Assembly (NCBI GenBank): GCA_963695875.1
Contig: CAVOID010000015.1
Span: 14,291 to 78,290 of the forward strand
Source: an uncultured delta proteobacterium
Lineage (GTDB): Bacteria > Desulfobacterota > Syntrophia > Syntrophales > UBA2185
Direction of reading: 5' to 3'
DNA length: 64,000 nucleotides
The translations under genes and the position numbers were made by a program. The notes below the pieces were generated by a model, which did no database searches, was not told where the DNA came from, and saw only the letters and a list, made by a program, of their open reading frames with translations. Shown piece after piece: positions 40,841 through 52,295 of the stretch; position 1 is the stretch's first letter; each line of letters begins with the position of its first letter.

Positions 40841-42523
40841 CTAATAGAGTCCCGGATCACGGTATTCACCATAGAGTTCACGATAGACATCGCATATCTC
40901 TTGGACACTGGCCAGATTCTTCACGGCCGCAATGCAGTAGGGCATGACATTTTCACCCTTCTTGCAGGCATTCTTAACATCTTCGAGACTCTTCTTGACT
41001 GCCTTATTGTCCCGTTTCCTGCGCACGGCATTCAAACGTGCGATCTGGTCTTCTTCAACTTTATCGTCAATCTCTAAAAGAGGGATGGGTATCGCTTCAT
41101 CTGTGACATATTTGTTGACACCGACCATAATCTTTTCGCAGGAATCTATTTGCCGCTGGAACTTGTATGCCGAATCTGCAATCTCTAACTGCGGGAACCC
41201 TTTCTCAATCGCGGCTACCATACCGCCCATCTCGTCAATCTTGTTGATGTAGTCCCATGTCTGCTCTTCCATTTCGTTCGTCAGGGCTTCTATGAAATAC
41301 GAACCGGCCAGCGGATCAATCGTACTGGCAGCACCAGTCTCTTCAGCAATGATCTGCTGGGTTCTGAGAGCGATCTGAACAGCAGAATCCGAAGGGAGGC
41401 ACATCACCTCATCGAGTGAATTGGTATGCAGGGACTGAGTACCGCCAAGGACAGCGGCGAGAGCTTCAGTTGCCGTTCGCACGACGTTGTTGTATGGCTG
41501 CTGCGCCGTCAACGAGCACCCGGCGGTCTGTGTGTGGAAACGCATCCACCAGGACCTCGGATCTCTGGCTTTATAGCGGTCGCGCATGACCTTCGCCCAG
41601 ATCCTCCGGGCGGCGCGCATCTTACAGATCTCCTCGAAGAAATCGATGTGGGAGTTGAAGAAAAACGAGAACCGTGGAGCAAATTCATCGACATTCAATC
41701 CCTTCCTGTTGATGACATCCTCCACATACTCCATCCCATCACGGAGGGTAAACGCGAGCTCCTGAACCGCTGTGGATCCCGCTTCCCTGATATGGTACCC
41801 GCTGATGCTGATGGTATTCCACCGGGGAACATGCTTCGTCCCGAATTCTACGGTATCGCTGATCAGTCTGACCGAAGGCTCCGGTGGACACATAAATGTC
41901 TTCTGCGCGATGAATTCTTTCAGCATATCATTCTGGATAGTGCCGCCAATCTTGCTGAGAGGTATACCCTTGATCTCTGCCGCTGCACAGTACATCGCCC
42001 AAAGTATTGTAGCCGGCGGATTGATGGTCATGGACGTGGTTACCTGATCCATGGGAATTCCATCCACCAACTGAAGAAAATCCTCGAGAGTATCTATGGC
42101 AACCCCACACTTCCCGCACTCACCGAGGGCCTTGGGAGAACCCGAGTCATAGCCCATCAGGGTCGGAAAATCAAAGGCCGTACTGAGGCCGGTCTGCCCC
42201 TCTTTGAGAAGCATGTGCCAGCGTTTGTTGGTATCTTCAGCGCTCCCCATGCCGGAGAACATTCGGAATGTCCAGTACCGCCCGCGATAACCGGTCACCT
42301 GGTTGCCCCGTAAATACGGAAACTGTCCTGGATATCCGATATCCTGTACAAAGTCCATGTCTTTTATGTCTTCAGGACCATAGAGCCTTTTGATTTCGAG
42401 GTCTGAAACGGTAGACCATCGTTCCCTCTGGTCGGGAACTTTGCTGACCACCTTCCGCACCTCGTCCTCCCACTTCTTTCGAAGTTCACTGGAATGACTC
42501 AGTACATCTTTTGCAAAATACAT
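40841..42523 (-). CDS. Acyl-CoA mutase large (substrate-binding) subunit with isobutyryl-CoA-mutase-type signature residues
   Basis: Methylmalonyl-CoA mutase family, 560 aa. WTFRMFSGMG has Phe where MCM has Tyr89. GTIQNDMLKEFIAQKTF has Gln where MCM has Arg207. Confidence 0.85.
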   Translation of the reverse strand: MYFAKDVLSHSSELRKKWEDEVRKVVSKVPDQRERWSTVSDLEIKRLYGPEDIKDMDFVQDIGYPGQFPYLRGNQVTGYRGRYWTFRMFSGMGSAEDTNKRWHMLLKEGQTGLSTAFDFPTLMGYDSGSPKALGECGKCGVAIDTLEDFLQLVDGIPMDQVTTSMTINPPATILWAMYCAAAEIKGIPLSKIGGTIQNDMLKEFIAQKTFMCPPEPSVRLISDTVEFGTKHVPRWNTISISGYHIREAGSTAVQELAFTLRDGMEYVEDVINRKGLNVDEFAPRFSFFFNSHIDFFEEICKMRAARRIWAKVMRDRYKARDPRSWWMRFHTQTAGCSLTAQQPYNNVVRTATEALAAVLGGTQSLHTNSLDEVMCLPSDSAVQIALRTQQIIAEETGAASTIDPLAGSYFIEALTNEMEEQTWDYINKIDEMGGMVAAIEKGFPQLEIADSAYKFQRQIDSCEKIMVGVNKYVTDEAIPIPLLEIDDKVEEDQIARLNAVRRKRDNKAVKKSLEDVKNACKKGENVMPYCIAAVKNLASVQEICDVYRELYGEYRDPGLY

Positions 42524-42746
42524 ATTACCTCCTCCTTTTAATAAATCTTATAAAACTGATATGCCAAATCAAGACTCCAAGGTGAATATCTTAACCCGCA
42601 AAAGTCCTGATTAATCCTGCTCTTTGCATGCAGGCTCGTCAAACGGAAAATAGACATGCGCATCTCTCATTGAAAATGGACAATTATCTTAAGCCATGTT
42701 ATATAATTTTCATCTCTCACCAAAACCAATTACGGAGGTAAAAGCG

Positions 42747-43046
42747 ATGAAAATCAAAATGCCCATAAAGTTTCACGGCAATTATCGGGTGATCATTCGC
42801 CAGGGCGATTGGGAAGCCCGGGAACGATGCCAAAAACTCATCATCAGAGAGATAACACCAGCTGAGAAAGAGCAATACTACAAAGAGATGGATGAAAGAG
42901 ATATCCCTACGCACCAGGTCAATTTTTTTGACTTTGGTTGCCGCCGCATCATAGAGGGCAAACTCACGGTAAACGAAGAAAACAGAGTGGCTTTCGCAGT
43001 TGAAGAAAAGGAGTACGAATTTTCACCCTTCGTCCCCGGAAGATGA
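42747..43046 (+). CDS. Hypothetical small protein
   Basis: SD GGAGG before ATG 42747. 99 aa with no recognised motif. Confidence 0.4.
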   Translation: MKIKMPIKFHGNYRVIIRQGDWEARERCQKLIIREITPAEKEQYYKEMDERDIPTHQVNFFDFGCRRIIEGKLTVNEENRVAFAVEEKEYEFSPFVPGR

Positions 43047-43091
43047 TCCGGCAACATCATAATATATAAAAGAGCCTGGTTATTCTTGCCC

Positions 43092-44241
43092 TTATCGCAT
43101 GCCTAAGAGCTTTCTCGAGATAACTACTCTCTGAATCTCGTTCGTGCCTTCATAAATCTGGCAGATCTTTGCATCCCGCATGTGCCTTTCGGCCGGATAC
43201 TCTTTGGTGTAACCGTAACCGCCGAATATCTGCACACCTTCAACGGATGCTCTCATCGCGACATCGGACGCATAACACTTTGCCATCGCCGATTCCTTCT
43301 CGTAATCAAGGTGATTATCCTCCATCCACGCGGCGCGAAGGAGCATCAGCTCCGCTGCATCAAGCTCCATTGCCATATCGGCAAACTTGAACTGGATTGC
43401 CTGGAAGGTCGAAATCGGCTTACCGAACTGCACTCTTTCTTTTGCATAAGCGAGGGCATCTTCCAGAGCGGCCCGACCGATACCGCAGGCCTGGGAACCT
43501 ATTCCGATCCTTCCCGCATCGAGCCCCATCATCATCTGCTTGAAACCCTGGCCCGGCTTACCGAGGAGATTTGCCGCCGGTATCTCGGCATCCTCAAAGA
43601 CCAGTTCCGCCGTTCCGGACGCCAGGATTCCCATCTTCTCCTCGATCTTTCCTACTTTAAAACCAGGGGTGTTCTTCATGTCCACGATGAGATTGATGAC
43701 CCCCTTGTATCCTAATGCAGGATCTGTCGTGACAGCCAAAACGCAGTAATGGGCTACATTGCCGTTCGTTATGAAGATTTTGGTCCCGTTGACAATATAT
43801 TTGTCCCCCTTCAATACGGCCCGGCACTTGAGCGCAGCGGCATCCGAACCGGCGCTGGGTTCCGTTAAGCCATAGCAGCCTTCAACCTTTCCGCTTGCCA
43901 CCGGCGTCAGGAACTTCTTCTTCTGCTCTTCCGTACCAAACGTCAAGACCGGATATCCGTACAGTGAATTGTTGACGGAGACAATGACGCCACAGCTTCG
44001 CGCAGGCCTTGGAAATCTCAATCATGCACAGAACATATGTCACTACATTCATGCCCGCCCCGCCGTATTCCTGCGGTACGGCGACGCCCATGATTCCCAT
44101 CTCGCCCAGTTTGCGGCAGATCTCTTCCGGATGCCTGTGGGTTTTGTCCAGATCTGCGGCGATCGGTTTAATCTCCTGCTCCGCAAACTTTCTTACCATA
44201 TCTCGCACATCTCGCTGATCTTCTGTCAATCCAAAATTCAT
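43092..44241 (-). CDS. Short-chain (butyryl-CoA-type) acyl-CoA dehydrogenase; 1-nt insertion near 43997
   Basis: ORFs 43882-44241 and 43092-44021 join as ...MIEISKACA|SCGVIVSVNNSLYGYPV. The C-terminus reads QIYEGTNEIQRVVISRKLL. Confidence 0.85.
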
Positions 44242-44297
44242 GGCTCATAACCCCCTTATTAATGATACGTTATTAATGCATTGTAGCAAACTGCAAA

Positions 44298-45080
44298 TCA
44301 ACTTCCTGTGAAGACAGGCTTTCTTTTTTCAAGAAAGGCTTTCATTCCTTCTTTCTGATCATCCGTACTGAAGCACTGGGCGCAACACTCCATCTCAAGC
44401 CTGATGGCGTTATCGAGAGAAAGATCATACCCAAAATTGATTGCATGCTCGGCCATCTTGATGGCGAAACCGGGCATACGTGCCAATTTTCCGGCAAACT
44501 TTTTTGTTTCAGGGAGGAGCTGATCGAGCGGGAATATCCTGTTTACGAGGCCGATTTCATAAGCCCTCTTTGCATCGATCTGCTCGCCACTCATGATGAG
44601 TTCCTTAGCCCTACCCATTCCAACTAAACGTGAAAGCCTCTGAGTTCCTCCCCATCCCGGTATTAAGCCAATCAATATTTCGGGTTGGCCGAATCGGGCT
44701 GTCTCTGATGCGAATCTCATATCGCAGGCCATCGATATTTCTGTGCCACCACCAAGGGCAAAACCGTTCACGGCGGCGATCGAAGGCTTGGGTAAAGTCT
44801 CAATCAAGCGGAGCGTTTCATTACCCAGTTCCATGAAAGCAAGGGCGTCCTTGGGCCTCAAGTTCTGCATTTCCGATATGTCTGCACCTGCTACAAAGGC
44901 CTTCTCTCCCGCCCCGGTGAGGATGAGGACCTTGACGCTGTCATCATTTTTGCAGCAGGTAACAGCATCAAATAATTCCTTCATGGTTTCCGTATTCATG
45001 GCATTCAAGGCCTTGGGCCTGTTAAAAGTTATCGTAGCGATGCCCTCCTCCGCTGCAAACAAGAGGTTTTTATATTCCAT
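44298..45080 (-). CDS. Enoyl-CoA hydratase (crotonase)
   Basis: Reads ITFNRPKALNAMN, GAGEKAFVAGADISEM and GFALGGGTEISMACD. SD AAGGAGGT before ATG 45080. Confidence 0.85.
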   Translation of the reverse strand: MEYKNLLFAAEEGIATITFNRPKALNAMNTETMKELFDAVTCCKNDDSVKVLILTGAGEKAFVAGADISEMQNLRPKDALAFMELGNETLRLIETLPKPSIAAVNGFALGGGTEISMACDMRFASETARFGQPEILIGLIPGWGGTQRLSRLVGMGRAKELIMSGEQIDAKRAYEIGLVNRIFPLDQLLPETKKFAGKLARMPGFAIKMAEHAINFGYDLSLDNAIRLEMECCAQCFSTDDQKEGMKAFLEKRKPVFTGS

Positions 45081-45161
45081 CTCACCTACCTCCTTTTTCA
45101 CTTTCTTTTAATGCCCAGAAAAGTGCTCCAAGCACCGAAGAACATTTCTCGAAATCAAGTA

Positions 45162-46019
45162 TCACTTGCCGTACTCGTAAAAACCCCTCCCCGTTTTTCT
45201 CCCCATGTATCCCGCATCCACATATTTTTTCAAAAGCGGACAGGGGCGGTATTTGGAATCACCGAATCCCTTGTAGAGAACATCCATAATGGCCCAGCAG
45301 GTATCCAGACCGATCAGATCTGCTAAGGCCAGGGGACCCATGGGATGATTCATGCCTAAAACCATGATGTCGTCAATTGCCTTTGGCGTACCCACACCTT
45401 CCATGAGGGCATAAACGGCCTCATTGATCATCGGCATGAGAATTCTGTTTGATATAAATCCGGGGAAGTCATTGCATTCCACTGGGATCTTCCCGAACTG
45501 TTTGGAAAGCGCCTCGGTCGTATTGTACGTCTCCTGAGAGGTGGCCAAACCCCTGATGATCTCAACGAGCCTCATTACAGGTACAGGATTCATGAAATGC
45601 ATCCCGATGACAAGCGCCGGCCTCTTTGTCGCACCGGCTATCCTTGTGATTGGAATAGACGACGTATTAGTGGCCAGAATTACGCCGGGCTTGCAAAATT
45701 CATCAAGCTTTCTAAATATCCCAAGTTTCAGATCCTCTCTTTCCGTTGCCGCTTCCACAACGAAATCGGCATCCTTCATATCTTCCAGGTTAGTACTCTT
45801 CTTGATACGGCCCATGATCTCCTTTTTCTGGTCCGCCGTAAGCTTCTCTTTTGCTATGAGTCTATCAAGGTTCTTGGAAATTGCATCATAGCCTTTATCT
45901 ACGAACTGGTCTGCTATGTCATTCATGATGACATTCAGTCCTCCCGGGTTTGCCGCAACCTGAGCGATGCCGTTCCCCATCTGACCGGCTCCGATAACGC
46001 CGAATGTTTTAATTGCCAT
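45162..46019 (-). CDS. hbd: 3-hydroxybutyryl-CoA dehydrogenase
   Basis: Rossmann motif [16 protein letters not shown], plus TNTSSIPIT and [14 protein letters not shown]. Confidence 0.9.
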   Translation of the reverse strand: MAIKTFGVIGAGQMGNGIAQVAANPGGLNVIMNDIADQFVDKGYDAISKNLDRLIAKEKLTADQKKEIMGRIKKSTNLEDMKDADFVVEAATEREDLKLGIFRKLDEFCKPGVILATNTSSIPITRIAGATKRPALVIGMHFMNPVPVMRLVEIIRGLATSQETYNTTEALSKQFGKIPVECNDFPGFISNRILMPMINEAVYALMEGVGTPKAIDDIMVLGMNHPMGPLALADLIGLDTCWAIMDVLYKGFGDSKYRPCPLLKKYVDAGYMGRKTGRGFYEYGK

Positions 46020-46082
46020 CGCTTCCTTTCTCCCTTCATTTAATTATGAACATTTCGTGTACCTGAAAATTAACTTCGCAAT

Positions 46083-47341
46083 CTATACCTTGATCAACAT
46101 CGCATCACCCTGGGCATGACCCGAACATATTCCGCATATTCCTATACCACCGCCTCTACGCCGCAGTTCATAGGCCAGCGTCATGACGATTCTGGCGCCC
46201 GTAGCGCCGATCGGGTGGCCATATGCAATAGCACTTCCGTTCACATTGATCCTCTTGAACATGTCTTCTTTAGTCATTCCCAGAATACTTCGCGCACTTA
46301 CGAGCACTACAGCTGCAAATGCCTCATTGATCTCGATGAGGTCAATCTTATCGAGTGTCATATCATTCTGCTCCAGAATCTTCTTGATGGAGAGCCCCGG
46401 TACCGTTGCTATATCCTTCGGAGGCTGAGAGACCTCGGCGTAATCAAGTATGGTAAACAGAGGCTTTATCTCCAGTTCATCAGCCTTTTCCCTGCTCATA
46501 ACCAGACAGACATCACCGCCGTCATTCACGCCCGGCGCATTACCGGCTGTAACACTGCCAGGATCTACCGGTAACGGGACTTTTATGGTTGAAAACCGGC
46601 GGCAGTTTGGCCAAGCCTTCCATGGTCGTTTCCGGCCGCGGACCTTCATCTTTATCAAAGATGATTATCTTTTTCCCCTGTTTTACCTCGACAGGAAATA
46701 TCTCATCATCCAGCTTCCCCGTCTTCATGGCCTCCACAGCTGCCATCTGCGAACGCAGAGCCCACTCATCCTGATCCTGCCGTGTAATTCCGAATTCATC
46801 ACCCACTTCCGAGCCGTGAACAGCCATATGCCGGTTATAGAAAGCATCCCACAGGCCGTCGTAAACCGTCAAATCGATGACTGACCGACCGGGAAGGCCC
46901 ATCCTCACGCCCCATCTCATTTCGGGAAGAGCATACGGACCATTGCTCATGCTTTCCTGGCCTCCGGCAACGCAAATCTCAGCCCTTCCCAGTTGAATCA
47001 TCTGGACCGCCAGATCGATTGGTTTGATGCCCGAAGAACATACCTTGTTGATTGTAATGGAGGGAACGGATTCCGGAAGACCCGCCAGAATTGTCGCCTG
47101 CCGGCTGGGAATCTGCCCGCAACCGGCGGGTACAACCTGCCCCATGAAGACATAATCCACATCCGAAGGCTTGACCTTTCCGTTTGTCCGCCTGAGAACC
47201 TCCTTAATTGCCAGAGCTCCCAGTTCGGGAGCGGTAAAGTCCTTCAGCGCTCCGCCGAATCTGCCGTACGGCGTCCGGCATGCCTCTACGACGACAACTT
47301 CTCTGAAATTTCCTGTACTGATTTTTTATCTTCCGCCCCAT
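46083..47341 (-). CDS. Acetyl-CoA acetyltransferase (thiolase); two 1-nt homopolymer insertions (about 46581-46584 and 47322-47327)
   Basis: Reads EVVVVEACRTPYGRFGG, active-site NKVCSSGIKP, and C-terminal NVNGSAIAYGHPIGATGARI...GICSGHAQGDAMLIKV. Removing one A from A4 and one from A6 restores a single ORF starting MGRKIKISTGNFREVVVV. Confidence 0.8.
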
Positions 47342-47649
47342 TGTCGAAAAATCCGGCTTTCTCTGACCGAATTTTGCGATTGGCGCATTTGCATACATCT
47401 CCGCCCTGGTTTTTTCCAGTTTCTGCGGTACCTTATCCATTCCTTCCCCCTTGATTTTACCTTATTAGGTCTTTATATAAGTAGCAGAAGAGATCCTCAG
47501 ATGCGAATCAAAGCTTTATTCGATAGCTGTGCTATGCAACTGTGTATTTTTATAGGCTTTTTGCTTCCATCACATGCTCGAAAAAATATTTTGAGCCGCG
47601 ACGAATCCCTTCTGCAAGACTTCCCTAATATCAGATGCCGGTAATTAGA

Positions 47650-48809
47650 CTATTTCAGACTGTTTAAAATATCTCTGGCAATAATCATTCTTTGTATCTG
47701 GTTGGTTCCCTCATAGATTAACGTAATCCGGACATCCCTTGCGTAACGTTCAACGGGGAATTCTTTGGTGTATCCATACCCCCCAAGCATCTGTATAGCA
47801 TTGAAACACGCCCTATCCGCTGCTTCCGTCGCGTAATACTTTGCCATGGATGCTTCTCTTGCAAAGGGTTTGCCTGTCTCTTTTTTATACGCGGCATTCA
47901 TAAGGAGGAGCCTCGCCGCCTCCAGCTCCGTATAGGATTCCGCAATCATCCACTGGATAGCCTGAAAATTCGTTATCGGCTGGTCAAACTGCTTTCTATC
48001 CATGGCATATCGTGTGGCATAATCCATCGCAGCAAGTCCGATACCCAAGACCAAGAGATCCGATACCGATACGTCCACCCGCCAGTTCCCCCGTGGCTGT
48101 CTTGAAACCGCCGTTCAATTTCCCCATAAGGGCCGATTTCGGTATCCGACAGTCTTCAAAGATGAGTTCGTTTGTCACAGAAGCGCACTGCCCCATTTTA
48201 TGCTCTTCTCTTCCAACGGTGAGACCGGGGATGCCATTTTCCACCAGAAACGTGCTGATGCCGCTGCCCTTTTTTGCTGTCTTATCGGTCACTGCCCAGA
48301 CAACGAACACACCCGCATATTCAGCGCTGGTAATGAACATCTTATTACCGTTAAGAACCCATTGATTTCCATCAAGGACAGCAGAGGTCTGGAGCGCGGC
48401 AGCATCGGAACCCGCCACGGTTTCAGTCAAACCAAATCCACCGGCATAGTATTCACCCGAGCAAATCTTCGGGATGTACAACATTTTCTGCTCTTCGGAG
48501 CCAATAGCCTGAATTACCTCACAGACCATGTTATTGACCGACATGGTCACTGCCGTAGAAGCACAGGCCCTTGCAATCTCTGTGACCGCCAGACTGAAGG
48601 CCACAACACCTGCTTCAGAGCCTCCATATTCGACTCTTCACATTGATGCCCATCAAACCGAGCTCGGCAAGTTTCCTTAAATTTTTCAAGAAGGTTTCAC
48701 GATCGCCAACTTGGTCCAGCTTTGCCGCTACAGGCTCAAGCTCCGTCTTTGCGAAGCGCCTTGCTGTGTCTTGAATGATTATTTGCTCTTCTATCAGTTC
48801 TAAATTCGT
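47650..48809 (-). CDS. Second acyl-CoA dehydrogenase; two 1-nt indels (about 48051, about 48637); ACG at the expected start position
   Basis: Pieces join as TNLELIEEQIIIQDTARRFAKTELEP...GINVKSEYGGSEAGVVAFSLAVTEIA...GGRIGIGSL|VLGIGLAAMDYATRYAMDRKQF...IYEGTNQIQRMIIARDIL. Confidence 0.8.
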
Positions 48810-48890
48810 AGCTCTTCCCCCTCTCTTCTATTAATCTATAATATATTGTATCCCTTGCTTCACCTTCAGGCAAAGCAAGGGATGCATTTT

Positions 48891-49796
48891 TCATTTTTCA
48901 ATAATAGCCTTGATCACAGGCGGATATTCCGTCTTTGCAGGCAGGAAGATCAGCTCCGGATCAACAAACTCTCTGAGGACGAATAGTTCTTTGTAAGTCG
49001 GATTTGGCGTTTCACCCTTAACTTTTGAAACATTCAAGTCAAACCCGCAATTTTCTTTGACCTTCTCCACAGTGACACTGGGGTGTAAGGTTTCCAGGTA
49101 GATGATTCCCTCTTTATCAAACCGGTATACGCCCATATTGGTCACTACTCCCACCGGCCCACAGTCCGCATAGGGCGTCCCTTTCCAGACTTCCTTCTTC
49201 GGTTTCCATTCCCTTGTCTTGAAATCCCAGCACCACCAGCCCGGTGTTGTGGTATAATCATTCCTCTCCAGAAACCTCCTTTTCTCCTGGAGGATGATGT
49301 AGGCGACCCTTTTCGACATGGTTCCTATGTCGGAATTTCCTCCGGAACCTGTGAAGCGGTGTGCCGGGGCATAGTAATCACCGATCGATGTAACATTCAC
49401 GCCGCCGTATTTGTCGATAGCGGCGCCTCCGAGGAACCCCAGGGTCACAAAACCCTGCTGCAAATAATACCCAAAGGTATCCACCAATCCTCCAAGGGTG
49501 GAACACATATTGGCCGCCCTCTGGTCACTCACAGACATGGGCACATGCATGGTTTTCCCGTCACATATCCCGGATTCGTAGATCAACACCGCATTCGGTG
49601 CATTCAGCATATTGGCCGCCATAATCCCCACCATGGGAAGTCCCGTACCGGCAAAGACGACATCATCGTTCAGAACCTCATGAGCAATGGCAATCGCCAT
49701 TAATTCGGGCAGAATAAATTCACCTGCCTTTGCTTTCTCATCGGGCATCTTATCGATTAACTCCATCAATTCTTCCATCGATTTAGCCATTTTCAT
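48891..49796 (-). CDS. Family-I CoA-transferase, subunit B (glutaconate CoA-transferase-like)
   Basis: SD AGGAAAGGGGGG before ATG 49796. Reads LMAIAIAHEVLNDDVVFAGTGLPMVG...IYESGICDG...FTGSGGNSD. Confidence 0.75.
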   Translation of the reverse strand: MKMAKSMEELMELIDKMPDEKAKAGEFILPELMAIAIAHEVLNDDVVFAGTGLPMVGIMAANMLNAPNAVLIYESGICDGKTMHVPMSVSDQRAANMCSTLGGLVDTFGYYLQQGFVTLGFLGGAAIDKYGGVNVTSIGDYYAPAHRFTGSGGNSDIGTMSKRVAYIILQEKRRFLERNDYTTTPGWWCWDFKTREWKPKKEVWKGTPYADCGPVGVVTNMGVYRFDKEGIIYLETLHPSVTVEKVKENCGFDLNVSKVKGETPNPTYKELFVLREFVDPELIFLPAKTEYPPVIKAIIEK

Positions 49797-49810
49797 TTCC
49801 CCCCTTTCCT

Positions 49811-50867
49811 TTAATAACCACTTCGAGCTACGGATAAAGGCATCTTCATCCTGGGCGCCGGGTTCTTTCCCCGCATCATCCTGGTGCTGTATCCGGTGGT
49901 GCTGTCCGCTTTGAGAGACAACAGTTTCTTTGCACCGAGCTTCACAACGAAGTCTTCCCAGCTCTTCGGACCAAAGACCCATTCATCGAGCCATTTTTTC
50001 AAATCCTCTGCGTTTCTTGATGCTTTATCCATCTCCCTCATAAACGGTGCGTCATAGTCATAATAGAAAGGGACACCGCTCGGAAAGGCTCCCCAGGGCA
50101 CTTCCACAATGGCATCAACGGTAAAGAAGGGAATCTGATTGGCTTCAGGTTCCTTCCTCATCTCCGCCTCGGGAACGATCTCTTCGGCAGTGATGACAAC
50201 CTTGTCGCAGGCAAAGGCGATTTCCTTATCAATCGTACCTACACCGCGCCACCGCGCCGTACCCTTATCACCCACCTGTGATACGTGGATGATTGCCAGT
50301 TCGGGCCTCGCTGCGGGAAGAAGGACAACATCCCCATCGCCAAAGAAGGGTTCTTCAATCTGTATGAATTTTTTCTTCGAAATTCTCGGATTCTTACCGG
50401 TTCTGAGACCTGCTTTCCCCAGTGCATCATAGTCCGGATTGTAGAGGTCCGATCCCAATGGTGCATAATAGGGAATGAATGGCGCTCCGATGGCGCCGGC
50501 AAGGAATCTCATGGCCATGGAGCCGTGAGAGTAATCCTCAAGGATTATCTTTCCTGCCTTGTAGATCCTTTCCATGTTGATGTCGAGTTTTCCCGCCATC
50601 TCCCCCCAGCCCATCCAGTCGGTTTCATAAATCTTAATGGCGCCGACGGTATTAAGGAGCCAGGTGCAGCAACTGCCATGCCTGTCGATAACATGCAGGT
50701 CTTTGAATCCCTGCCTTACTGTCTCCCAGGCAAAGGCCATCGGATTTCTGTTAAACCCCGTAAACCCGCTGAAGGCACACCTGGATTCCGTTATGCATGT
50801 ATTTCTTGACTGCTTGTTCAAGGGTCATAATTTCAGCTTTTTTAGCTTTTCCGCGAATTCTCGCCAT
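49811..50867 (-). CDS. Family-I CoA-transferase, subunit A; 1-nt insertion near 50778
   Basis: MARIRGKAKKAEIMTLEQAVKKYMHNGIQV| joins |AFSGFTGFNRNPMAFAWETVRQGFKDLHVI. SD AAAGGAGGAAG. Confidence 0.75.
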
Positions 50868-50961
50868 AACTTCCTCCTTTCAAAAAAACATTACCAATTC
50901 GCACACCCTTCTCGTTACCAGAATCACAATCTCTGTACATGAGCAACATAGTCTTCAATAT

Positions 50962-50993
50962 GAGGTAAAGGGGACCTAAATCCCCTTTACCTC
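50962..50993 (-). other. Perfect 13-bp stem-loop between the membrane-protein gene and the CoA-transferase genes
   Basis: GAGGTAAAGGGGA-cctaaa-TCCCCTTTACCTC. There is no U-tract, so it is not a canonical terminator. Confidence 0.5.
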
Positions 50994-51002
50994 CAATATT
51001 AT

Positions 51003-52295
51003 TTAGTGATGCTCATCATGAACATAGAAGGGCCATTTGTGGAAGAACCACTCGTTCCAGAGAAGCGGGATGATCCACCAGAAGTTCCAGATGAGGGATT
51101 CACCACCTGATCAATCTTGCAGCAATATCGTGCTCCATGTGGTGATTGCCCAGTCCCCAGTGACCGAAGTTGACGTAGTAGAACAAATAATAATTGATAA
51201 CTGTCAGCACAAGCACACCGAACGTTCTGAACCAGAAGGCACCCCAGGAATCTACATCCTTCTGCGGGCACATATCATCGAAATAATGGTGCCACTGGAG
51301 GAACGGAATCAGGGTCATACCGGCAATCTCCGCTGCATGTATCCACAGGAAGCGCGCCGGGTTCCCCTTGTCCCCCGCCGGCAGATGCATGAATGACATC
51401 GATCCATGTTCGCCCAAAGCGGAATGCCGTTATAACAAATCAGGGCTATTGCATATCCACCCACAACGGTTAAACAAAAGGAAATTATACCTTTCCAGGG
51501 CTGAGGCAGCTTAATGAGCGTCCAGGGTTTCATGCGCCAGACGTTCGGCGTCATGAAGAGGATGATGATCATCCACTCCCACCAGCCGAAGACCCAATAC
51601 ACATGGGGAGTGCCACCAGACAGACCGACCCACCAGGGAGTGTTGAATCCAATAGAATTACCGAACATCTTGCCCCAGACCAGACCAAAGAAGGGAACGA
51701 TAAGAACGACATAGAAGAAAAGTGTGAGTAAGCTGCACCAGCCGATCTCGGCGAGACCGGCGGCAGGCTGCTCAAGGTTGCTGGGACGGATCGGCCATTT
51801 GCCAAAGTAGATCGTCACAAAGGGATATGAGAAGAATCCGATCAGAACAAATCCCACGATTGCACTCTGGGCAAGGTGCGCTTTTTGCATTACCTCCAAG
51901 GTAATTATTTTCCCGTCGGGCAACACTATCGCCCCTGCGGCTGCCAGTGCATTAATATTGGATTGGCTCAAGAAATTGAACCCTAAACCAAAAATCCGAT
52001 AAAAAATCACTTCGATAACAAACCATGTGAGGGCCGCGTTCACGATGGTCATGACAACGCCTCTGACGACGGGCGACAACTTCTGAAAGGGCCAGTCACC
52101 CAAAAACATGTGCTGCCATAACCCCACCAGAATCATCACGGCGAGTATCATAACCATCGGGTAAGGAAACCAACCTACGGGCCCACGAGGATCGCTCAAA
52201 ATATACCAGGTAATCCACGCGATCAGAAAAAAAGCTATGGTAGAAATAATGCCTGTCATGGGTTGCCCCCAACGAGGCCGTAATGCTCCTGCCAT
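51003..52295 (-). CDS. Polytopic membrane protein of unknown family (His-rich loops); two 1-nt indels (about 51414, about 51105)
   Basis: Three ORF pieces join: ...CYNGIPLW|GEHGSMSFMHLPAGD...HWGLGNHHMEHDIAARLIRW|..LIWNFWWIIPLLWNEWFFHKWPFYVHDEHH*. SD AAGGAGGA. Confidence 0.5.
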
